Assembly (NCBI GenBank): GCA_047495785.1
Contig: JBLDXI010000024.1
Coordinates: 5,270,001-5,334,000, forward strand
DNA: 64,000 nucleotides
Direction: 5' to 3'
Source of the DNA: Lepidodermella squamata
Lineage: Eukaryota > Animalia > Gastrotricha
This document shows positions 49,277 to 60,200 of the stretch, one piece after another; the first letter of the stretch is position 1; every line of letters starts with the position of its first letter. The position numbers and the translations under genes are program-made. The notes under the pieces are model-generated. The model searched no databases, was not told the origin of the DNA, and worked only from the letters and a program-made list of their open reading frames with translations.

Positions 49277-50242
49277 GTTTTCCGAACCCTGGTAGCGTCC
49301 ATAGTGCCCTTTTCAACATTACCTGTAGCAGTTCTGAACTTGGGTAATTGCTCTCAAATTGGTCAATTTTTTTGAAAAAATGACAGCCAATTTGACATCC
49401 AAAATTATACCGAAATTTCGAAGATGAGCTTGTCAATGATAAGACATTTTCGCACGGCCAACTTTTCTAAATTATTTGTGTCCATTTTTAGTTCATGAAA
49501 TTAATTGTACACCGGTGATTTCCTAATAAAATTCCGCGTAAAGTAGCCGTTCTCGGTTACGCCTGACCGCGCCAGGTGTGCGTCACATGGTAAAACACAC
49601 AGTAGGTACTTGCATAAAATCGATCAATACAGCGTTATATACGTGACCGGCCAATCGATCGATCGATCGCCCGTCAGCCCTAGTACTTGTTTTTTCATTC
49701 GCAATAATGTATACTCACACACACGCGCATGTATATACTGTAGGTAAAAGGTATACGCCGCCATGTTCGATGCGTTCGCTTTCCATCATCGTCGTTGCCA
49801 GCAGCCGCACTTTTCAATATTACGTGTATATGTACCGCCTATATTGCTACTTTTTGTGTCTCTGTGTCTCGCCAGCATGCACCGAAATCGCAATTTCGCG
49901 TGCTCCAAATTTCGCCATCTCAAAGCCAGGGAATCCACGTTGGTTTCAATGATCTCTCGAAAATCCTGTAGGGTGATCTTTACACCTGGCTCGTTAATTT
50001 TAATGTGACGAACCTAAGCTATCTTGACCAAGGATTCTCGACTTGGTAGGAATAGATGAATATATAATCGATTTTTCCATTTCCCGTCTTTAATTTCTTC
50101 AAGTCACGTAGTTGTCACTGTGTCAAGATTTGTCACCTTTTGTCACCCAAAAGGTCAAAATTCGGTCAACCCTTGACCCGAGAGTACTGCTCTGTAATTT
50201 CTTCGTCAAAACCTGGTGCTTTTGTAGGCAATTTAGCCGCAT

Positions 50243-53200
50243 ATGAATTACAACAACGAGTGGCAACCGCCGTCGAACTACAACCGGCCGAACATGCAGC
50301 CGATGCCGAGGGGCGTGGCCGATGCAGCGGCGCCCGACGACGGCTCGTACACCAACCGTTCGTTCCGTGGCGATTCGAACAACAACCCGTTCACGGACAC
50401 GCACGAGGAAGTCGTCTTCTCGAGTTTGACGCAGCAACGCGACCCGCCACGAGAGCGGCCCATCGGCGTGCCGGCGAGTGCGATGACTCCGAGGTCTGGC
50501 GGGCAGGGGATGCCGGCGCCGCTCAGTGGGCGAGGGGTGCCGCCGCCCGGGGCGCCCTACCACGACCCGCGCTTCTCGAGCGACCCGGAGGGAGACAAGT
50601 TCGAAAACATTGCCGTACCTCTGTCACTGGCTGCCATGAGCGTCGGCGCTCCCTGCTGCTCGATACCGGTAAGCAAAAGCTAGATATCCCATAGCTACTG
50701 AAATTCTCAAAGTCAACGTTTGTTTAAATTGGTTTTCGCTTCTCGTCGCAGGAGAAGCCCAAGAAATCGCCCGAAGGCTCATTGAATGTTCCCACGCACG
50801 GAAATCTTTAGTAAAAGGCGAAAGATTTGTACGTTTTGCGCGGAAACCAGAGTAACAAGAAAGCGCCTCCCCATTGCGACCCCTTTCAAGAGTAAGATTT
50901 TATTCCGCCAGGGTATTAATTTGCACATTCGTGGTATTGCGAAAGAATCGGGGATAGGAAAAATGTATGTCAGAAGTGGGATTCGAACCCACGCCAGTAG
51001 AAACTGACTGCGACCTGAACGCAGCGCCTTGGACCGCTCGGCCATCCTGACGGGATGTTGGAGTAGATTGCTGATATCCTGCTGACGGCATTTTGCAAAG
51101 CTAAGCTTTCGCAAAGCGAGTGGAGCGTTGGCACTAAGTAGTATAATTACCTGTTGCCAATATAAAACTAAAACTAGCCAGCAATGTCGAGCAGGGTGTA
51201 TCGTTATTGAAACTGCTGAATGAGCACTCAAGTCGCTATGCCCGAGTGGTTAAGGGGTCTGACTAGAAATCAGATGCGGTCTCCGCGCGTAGGTTCAAAT
51301 CCTACTGGCGACGACAGTTTTTGCATTATAACGACTGAAGCTCAATTCTGCAGATATAGCCTCCAGAACATGAACAGTCCTCGCTTTCATCAGGCGTCAG
51401 TGGTGTAACGGTCAGCATGGTTGCCTTCCAAGCAGCCGATCCGGGTTCGACTCCCGGCTGACGCACACGTTTTTAGCTCACACGTTTGAAAGCAGTTGCT
51501 GGTGACGAGATTAAAGCTGTCCTTCCCAAAACCAGCGTTCGAGAGGTCCCATGGTGTAGCGGTTAGCACTCTGGACTCTGAATCCAGCGACTCGAGTTCG
51601 ATTCTCGATGGGACCTTGATACGTTTTTTCAAACAAACTTTCAGCTCACTCACTCTCAGCTGATGGAAACTTGCGATCGCAATATTTGTTACCATTCAAA
51701 CCTTTTCTTTCACTAGCCTAGGGGGCATAGCTCAGTGGTAGAGCGTCTCATTCGCATTGTGAAGGTCTCGGGTTCAATCCCCGATGCCTCCAGTTGGCAA
51801 TTTTTTCGCGTAACCTCTCGAAGATTAGTTGCTATATCGGTGAAAGTGACCGGAAATTACGCTAAAAATGTGAAAAATGGTGTCAGAAGTGGGGTTCGAA
51901 CCCACGCCCTCTTTCGAGGACCAGATCTTGAGTCTGGCGCCTTAGACCGCTCGGCCATCCTGACCAGATGTAGCTACTCTATGAAATTGTTGTAATCCAT
52001 CCGAAAATATGAGAAATTTGGCCGCTCATTTTCGCGCATTTCATTTCTCTCGTCAAGCTGCGTGGAAGCTGCCGTTTAAAGGACGAGCGCATTGCATTGC
52101 CGCATCTATCGATAGGCGCTGTGGCGAAATGGCTATCGCGTCGGACTTCGGATCCGAAGATTGTGGGTTCGAGTCCCATCAGCGTCGGCTCTATTTTTGC
52201 TGTCCTTTTCGGCTGAGGTGTTATCAGCAGCAGAATTATCACTTGTCAAGCTGTCAAGAATAATCACAAGGGCCTTCCTAGCTCAGTCGGTAGAGCATGT
52301 GACTTTTAATCACAGGGTCGGGGGTTCGAGTCCCCCGGAGGGCGCAATATTTTTACCCAGAACCCAGAGTAACTTGTTTATGGGATCGACCGGCTGCTAA
52401 GAAGACGAATATATCTCGAATGGTAGAGCGCTCGCTTAGCATGCGAGAGGTAACGGGATCGACGCCCGTATCCTCCATATACTTTTTTCGGCAAGATAAA
52501 AAAGGCTGAAATGAGGAGACTGCGCTTGCGAAAATAAAGCAGTCAACCGCGGCTCAGTAGCTTAGTGGTAGAGCGTCTGCCTAGTAAGCAGAAGATCGAG
52601 GGTTCGATCCCCCCCTGAGCCTGGTCTTGACACTTTTTGCAGCATTCGGAGGTCTTCCGTCCCTTTTATATAGCCATTTCATTCAGGATCAAAATTGGAA
52701 AGGCTAAAAGTGTTCCCTGACCGGGAATCGAACCCGGGCCGCCGCGGTGAAAGCGCGGAATCCTAACCACTAGACCATCAGGGAGGTGCAAAATCCCTGT
52801 TGTATGCGTAAACTGTGAAGAACTCAAATTATCAACGTCATCGCACCTTCAGCAACTCTGTGCAAAAAATAGAATGGGCCCGTTCGGGAATTGAACCCGA
52901 GACCTCTCGCACCCGAAGCGAGAATCATACCCCTAGACCAACGGGCCTCGGTAGACGACTAAAATACATGATAACATACAGCCTTTTCATGCTTTTCTTG
53001 CCTTTTTATGTTAATTGCCATGTCACTGTTTTGCAGTCGCTGATCTGTGCGTGGGGCTGCTGTTGCTGTGCACCTCAAGAAAAGCGCCGCCGTTCCATCT
53101 TCGCGATAATCTTCGCATCACTGGCGATTGCCGGCGGCCTGATAATCATCATCGGCGCGTGTGCCGGCTGGTCAGAACGCGATGAAATCATGGAGTATTT

Positions 53201-53405
53201 TAATGGAACTTCCACCACTGTGCGACCTGTGACCATCGCGACAACGATTCGCAATATCAACGCTACAACTGCTCGAGTCGTGAATGCAACAACAACAGCC
53301 GCGAATACGACAGCAAGCATGACAACAAGAGCTCTAACCAGCATAGCAACTGCTAGCACTCTCCTGCAATCGTCGACTACAACTTCGAAACCAGCCGGGC
53401 GCTGA
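50243..53405 (+). CDS. CD225/dispanin-like membrane protein; its intron hosts tRNA cluster 3
   Basis: Exon 50243-50668 (..APCCSIP, GTAAG donor) joins in phase 0 to exon 53037-53405 (SLICAWGCC..RRRSIFAIIFASLAI..); two hydrophobic segments like the neighbour gene. Confidence 0.72.
50968..51051 (-). tRNA. tRNA-Leu(CAG)
   Basis: Same as 7839 copy. Confidence 0.96.
51232..51313 (+). tRNA. tRNA-Ser(AGA)
   Basis: Same as 8092 copy. Confidence 0.96.
51394..51465 (+). tRNA. tRNA-Gly(TCC)
   Basis: Same as 8249 copy. Confidence 0.96.
51545..51616 (+). tRNA. tRNA-Gln(CTG)
   Basis: Same as 8400 copy. Confidence 0.96.
51721..51792 (+). tRNA. tRNA-Ala(CGC)
   Basis: Same as 8572 copy. Confidence 0.92.
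51881..51964 (-). tRNA. tRNA-Leu(CAA)
   Basis: Same as 8735 copy. Confidence 0.96.
52115..52187 (+). tRNA. tRNA-Arg(TCG)
   Basis: Same as 21207 copy. Confidence 0.95.
52272..52344 (+). tRNA. tRNA-Lys(TTT)
   Basis: Same as 9109 copy. Confidence 0.96.
52419..52477 (+). pseudogene. tRNA-Ala(AGC) pseudogene, 5' end deleted
   Basis: 16 bp (GGGGGATTAGCTCAAA) missing relative to 21506; AA microhomology. Confidence 0.88.
52551..52622 (+). tRNA. tRNA-Thr(AGT)
   Basis: Same as 9402 copy. Confidence 0.94.
52713..52784 (-). tRNA. tRNA-Glu(TTC)
   Basis: Same as 9558 copy. Confidence 0.96.
52876..52947 (-). tRNA. tRNA-Pro(CGG)
   Basis: Same as 21977 copy. Confidence 0.96.
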
Positions 53406-53754
53406 GATGGCGAACATTCTGGGCTAACTTCAAAGCTGCTGTATTTTACCAGAAATTTTTGAATTAAGTTAGTTCCCATACGAGTCAGGCCCATAGCGTG
53501 TATTTTTTCAGTTTTCTTGTCACAACAACAACAACAATCAGTGTTCTTATAGCTGCTCTTCTGAGATTTTGCCTTCATTTCGTTCGATTTTAATGAAGTT
53601 TCGTTAGAATTGAACGGTTTTACATCAGCGACTCATTAATAAAACGATCGTTCTTGAATTAACAATCATGGCATTTTATTTCTGAGATCTGAGGGGTTCA
53701 AGCCGAAAACTATTCGAGGGTGAAAAATATAGGTACGCTAGTTTTACATCAATC

Positions 53755-54780
53755 TCACTGGCGCTTAGAAGATCCCATAACAATGATCCGCGCATAGAAA
53801 AACCAGATGAATAAAACAACTAAGATCATAATAGCGATTGCTATGCAGGACAAAATTATCGACGCTCGATACTGGCAGTTCGAACGCACTCTCTCGCGAT
53901 TCCTAGCGGTCAACGCTAAGATGAATGCCGGAATCCAGCACCAAAACATGGCGAACGAAAAAATTGAAGCTATAACGCTGAGGCCAAGCGCTACGATTCG
54001 TAGCAAGGGTGTTCGATGCTCCGTGCCTCCAGGGCTTGTGGAGGTCGCAATTCGCTCCAGCGAATCATCGTCCTGCAGCGGAGATACGGGCGGTAGAGTC
54101 GCAGGACTCGCTTGATTGATGAATAGTGGTTGGTAATCTGCCTGCTGCAAACGATAGGCTACGTCAGGCTGGTCGCCAACTCCATGCGGGATGCAGTAGT
54201 AGAACGGAGAGACCAGCCTAGGCTCAGCGGCTGGTTCATTCGCGTGGTTCGTCAGTCGCAAGACCGCGTCTTCGTTCAAATGGGCTTCCGTCTCAGACCC
54301 GCGCCTTGCAACATCAGGCAGCGCGACTCGACGCGGAAATCTTGTGCTGTGGAATGCTGGCACGACCTGCACAAGGCGTGGCGAGTTCGGTTGCGAAGAA
54401 TAGTGCCACAGCGCATTGGGCATGATCTCGTGGTGATGGCTCGGCATCAGGAGGTAAGTGTTCCTAGCATCTTCGCCCAACTCAATCCTCTTGTTGCTTT
54501 GCCCCTCTGGGATTTCGCAACTGCGCTCCATCGTTATCGTCAGCCCGCCGTTGTTGTTATTCGCCGTCGTCGCCTTGCTCATCGCTGATGGGTCGATTGA
54601 TATTCCAGTTTTTGTGACTTTATTGTTATCGCCGTCCTGCTTGCGGCTGATCATCACTGTTGTCGTCTCGGTTCGGCTCACAAGTCGCGGCGTCGCTTTG
54701 CTGCTCGCCGACGTCGATTGTTGACCCGATGGCTCGCATGATATCTTGAATTTGTGAATGTTATCATCGGTCGGCTTCAT
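53755..54780 (-). CDS. CD225/dispanin-like membrane protein with long disordered N-terminus
   Basis: 341-aa ORF; C-terminal two hydrophobic segments with WCWIPAFILA...RASIILSCIAI. Confidence 0.75.
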   Translation of the reverse strand: MKPTDDNIHKFKISCEPSGQQSTSASSKATPRLVSRTETTTVMISRKQDGDNNKVTKTGISIDPSAMSKATTANNNNGGLTITMERSCEIPEGQSNKRIELGEDARNTYLLMPSHHHEIMPNALWHYSSQPNSPRLVQVVPAFHSTRFPRRVALPDVARRGSETEAHLNEDAVLRLTNHANEPAAEPRLVSPFYYCIPHGVGDQPDVAYRLQQADYQPLFINQASPATLPPVSPLQDDDSLERIATSTSPGGTEHRTPLLRIVALGLSVIASIFSFAMFWCWIPAFILALTARNRERVRSNCQYRASIILSCIAIAIMILVVLFIWFFYARIIVMGSSKRQ

Positions 54781-55486
54781 GTTCTTCTTGTGAACAGATA
54801 CTGCTGAAAAATAACTTCAAATCTGTGCGTTGGTTTCTTGTTGTTGCGCGCAAGAGGCGATCATTTCCGATCCGATGCGCGTTGGTCGTAAAAACAGCTG
54901 GATCGTTAGGCGCGGCTCACCGGACGATTTCCGGCTATTCTGCTCAAGTAAATTACAGCCAAATCAAGTGCCATTTCATTTGCGAACATTGCGGTGATTC
55001 ACAAACATGGGTTACAGTGTTTTCGCCGGTTTTTAGGCCTTTAGCGTCTTTAAGATTCGCAACATTAAAATGCAATGAATTCGTGTTTAATTTCATTCGT
55101 AAAATCGTTGAAGACACCTGGAACAATTTTTATAAAGAAAAGTTATAATTATCGAACTGAATGCTATCTTGGGAATCTTCACAAAATTGAGTCCAACTCA
55201 GCAAGCGAAATTTCACAGATTATTTTCGCGGACAGATCCTCCTATTGAATCAACTATGGTAAAGAATCGAAGCGTCGCCTAAGATACTGAATCAAGTGAC
55301 CTTTAAAATCAGTCACATGGATTATTTTCATCTTATTTTTGTCAAATTATTATCAATACTGGACAGCTAAGACTAGAAACATGAATCGAAAATGAGCTTC
55401 AATTTTTCTTCATTTATTGTTATCAATATTTTTCTCAGCAGTAGCACATTTCCTCTACACAATAAAAGACCTCCAGAAAGTCTAGC

Positions 55487-55983
<497 letters not shown>

Positions 55984-57250
55984 GCTTAATCACTAGATAA
56001 AAATGAAAGAAAACATAGAATACAACCTGAAAGGTAAATAGCGTATAGAGTATAGAGGACGAGAGAACAAAAGAGAAATATTGAAGGAGTGAGTAATAAC
56101 AGGTGCGTCCGATCAGTCAAAGTGGATGAGAACGCAGGTTTATGAAATGAGTGCTGCAAATAATCAAATCAATCGAGCGTGGAGCAGAGGGTACCCGGTT
56201 AAATGTAAGCTACCGTCTACAACAGTCCAAGATCGCTGAATCGCTTGTTGCAGGTGTAAATCTTTCGGTAATGATTCATGGGGTGTGAAGAAGTTATGGA
56301 TTGGAATAAAATCCCGGTGTCCAACGGAGAAATGAGAGAAATCTTCATTAATAAGGAAAAAACTATTGGTGGTTATCAGAATCATTAATATACAACTATG
56401 AAGTCCAGAAACGCTCTGAAGACAGCAGTAGAGACAATGACAAAGCTCGAATATTTCTTGCCGGCTTAAGCTGCTCGCCAGACCGCAAGAATCCTCAGTC
56501 CAAGAATAGAATAGTCTTGAAGGCAGACAGAGTAATAGGACTACTAATTCTCAGTAAAGATAGAAGAGCTCGTTGCCCATTCGCTTGATCACGCGACAAG
56601 CGAGCGTGAAAGGCAAAGATAAGTCCAAACTTCCAGTCGCTAACCACCTCGAGCTCGCTGCCCGATCGAAGCCCCGCGCACATCAGAAAACCACTTAAAT
56701 AAAAATCCTTGTAGTGTTCGCGTAGTTCATAACAAATTTACATGTAAAATGATACCGCATCATTTTGGGTTTATAAGGTTCAAAAATTAATGAAATAGCA
56801 CGTTTTCTTGGACCTGGTGCCATCTCTTCCGCTCTGTCTTTGTTGTTTGCCTTCTAGCTTATCTGTTGTTTACGATTGTTCGTAGTGCATACCTGGTGTG
56901 TATCTGACCTGTGAGCCAAATTTCCGCTCCCATTGCAAACAGGTGCAAAACGTGTTTTGTCAGCTGTTTGGAATACGCAATTTTCGAATGCGTATTGGGA
57001 CTTCTGATTGATCAGCAATGATGACGCAATGGCCAACCAGCGTTGAGTCATAGATACCAGGTGTAGTTATCAGTTATGGCCATTTTGCTGATTCCACTGA
57101 TACTTCCTACCATTATATTCAGTTTTCAGGTTTCAGGTGTACTTATGCTCAAGCTCTATGATGGTTTCATCATTTTCTGCATTCTTAGGTGTTTTTATAC
57201 TACATGTGTTGTGAATTATTATCTCGGAACAGCCGCTGAAAATCCTTTAA

Positions 57251-60200
57251 ATGGGTGTTCCTGCCTTTTTCCGTTGGCTAAGCAGGAAATTCCCGTCAAT
57301 CGTCGTGGAATCAGTTGAAGAAAAGCCCAAATACATTAATGGCGAGAAAATCCCAGTCGATATTCGACTGCCGAATCCAAACGGAGTCGAATTCGACTGT
57401 CTTTACCTTGACATGAACGGCATTATTCACCCGTGCTGTCATCCAGAAGACAAGCCTGCTCCGAAGAATGAAGATGAAATGATGGTTGCCATTTACGAAT
57501 ACATCGACAGACTTATGCTCATTATTCGTCCTCGTAAATTGCTTTACATGGCAATTGACGGTGTTGCTCCTAGAGCTAAAATGAGTAAGTTGCATAACTC
57601 AGCTACTATTTTTGAAGCTAAGGATGAGTTATTCTTGCGAGATATCTGTGATTGCAAAGTAGTCATAGTTACTCTGAAGCGCAATTCTTGACGACTAATG
57701 ACTTACAACCTAAGTATTCGATTGGTAATTCATTGATAATTTCATTTTAGATCAACAGCGATCTCGCCGTTTCCGATCAGCGAAAGATACGCAAGAGCGC
57801 GATGAGAAAATCCGAGAAATTCGCGCCGAACTTGCTGCAAGAGGCATCGAACTTCCCCCGGAGAAGAAGTCGAGTGAACATTTCGACTCAAACTGCATCA
57901 CACCAGGAACGCCATTCATGTCTCGCCTCGCAGACTGCCTCCGCTTTTACATATACGAGAAGCAGAACTCCGACCCAGCTTGGCAAGATCTGGAGGTGAT
58001 TCTCTCTGACGCCAGCGTGCCTGGCGAAGGAGAACACAAAATCATGGATTTTATCAGAAGACAACGTGCTCAACCTCGTAAGTTCGGCTATTTTTTGGTA
58101 TTGATTTGGTTTAATAGTTTGAATTGCTTGTAGAATATAACCCGAATCTTCACCATGTTTTGTGTGGAGCTGATGCCGATCTCATTATGCTGGGACTGGC
58201 GACTCACGAGCCACACTTCACCATCATCCGAGAGGAGTTCAGGCCAGATAGGCCGAAAACTTGCGAAATCTGCGCCCAGGTGGGCCACACAATGACCGAG
58301 TGTCAAGGGCTGGCACGCGAGAAGCGCGGAGACTACGACGAAATCACGTCGGACAACCTCATGGAAACTCGGTTCATTTTCCTGAGACTAAACGTCGTTC
58401 GCGAGTACCTCGAGCGGGAATTATGGGTCGAAAACTTGTCGTTTCCGTGGTCGCTAGAGCGGCTTATTGACGACTGGGTTTTCATGTGTTTTTTCGTCGG
58501 AAACGACTTTCTACCTCACATGCCGTCACTTGAGATTCGCGAGGGCGCCATCGATCGGCTGGTTCGGTTGTATAAACAAGTGCTGCCCAGCGCGGGTGGC
58601 TACTTCACAAATGACGGTTTCGTCAACCTAGAACGCGTCCAGTTGCTGCTTGACGCGCTGGGACGCGAGGAAGACGACATCTTCCGCGGTCGGAGAGACG
58701 AGGAAATGTCTCGGCGGCAGCGAGTTATCAACCAGCGGAGGGCGAAAAAACGGCGTATGGCCTACGACGAACAGTATGTGCCCCGAGATGCGGCTCAGAC
58801 TGTCAACACAACCGCCTTAGGTTGGTTTTCATTTAAATCAGCTCAGATTATCTAGGAAGAATATCGAGGAAATGTTTGGAAAGAGGAACCGGCTTGATTT
58901 AATAGGGAAAATTGAACACAACGCGTCCCAGTAATGCAAGGAAACAGAATGAACACTAATTTGCTGGTGATTAACAGGAATGTTAATGGAAAACACGACA
59001 TTTACGCTGGAGAGAAATTTGGATTAGAATAATATATCCGCAAAATTGTCTATTTTTTGCACAATTATACCAAGGTTTGGTTCGTTTAATTGTTATTTAT
59101 TTATCATAATTAGGCGGAAATGAGCGGCCTCAATGGCAACAAAGGAGGTCATACCCGCAACAGTCTCCGCAACCCCAACAACCACCCCAGCCCACAATAA
59201 CCCGGGACCCGCGTGCTAATGACAACAAATCAGCCGCCGCCCAGTTGAAATGGCAATTACTAGGCCCGCAAGCCGCCCAACAGCAGCAACAACAACAACA
59301 GCAACAAACCTCGCCGACCGGGTCGAAAGTCCTGGAACCCACCCCGCCGTTCTACGCGCCTGGCCAGGGCGTGAAGCGCGGCCGGCCTTCAGCTTCGCCC
59401 TCGCTAGACGACTCGTCTGGAGGGTCTTCGATGGAGGATACCGAGTTGGAGGACGAGTTCGCGGCCGATGACGCCCGAGACGGGATCAAATTGTGGGAGG
59501 ACGGATGGCGAGAACGCTACTATCAGGTAACAATTACCTAGAAATTCAGCTTTTTAATTATATCTTCGCTCGCTATTTTAACATTATATGAGAAATCCTC
59601 ACTGGGGATTTTGTTTTTAGTCCTTTTCATATGTCCCTGGTCCTGATTTCAATTTTGAGCAGGGATGCTTAGCTTAATCTTAAGTTTAAAATTGTTCGTT
59701 CTGTGGTCAATTTTGATGACATATTTTATGTATAATTGGCCTGTAATTTTAAATATTATTTATGAATTTACGCTATTTTTGTGTATGTAATTTTCAGGCG
59801 AAATTCACCGTGGAAGAGAACGTGCGTGAGTTCGGGCAGAAAGTGGCGCGGGAGTACGTGCGGGGTCTGGCGTGGGTGCTCCTCTACTACTACCAGGGCT
59901 GCCCGTCATGGAAGTGGTACTACCCGTACCACTACGCGCCGTTCGCGAGCGACATGAGCGCGATCACGGAGGCGGACATCAACTTCACGGAGGCGACGAT
60001 GCCGTTCCGCCCGCTCGAACAGCTCATGGCCGTGTTTCCGGCCGCGTCGCGCAAGTTCCTGCCGCCCACGTGGCAGACACTCATGTTCGACCCCGAGTCG
60101 CCCATCATCGACCTCTACCCCGTCGACTTCGCCATCGACCTCGTAAGTCCATACTTCATGTAGCCATTTACACGCCAATTAATTAATGCGAATTTATATA

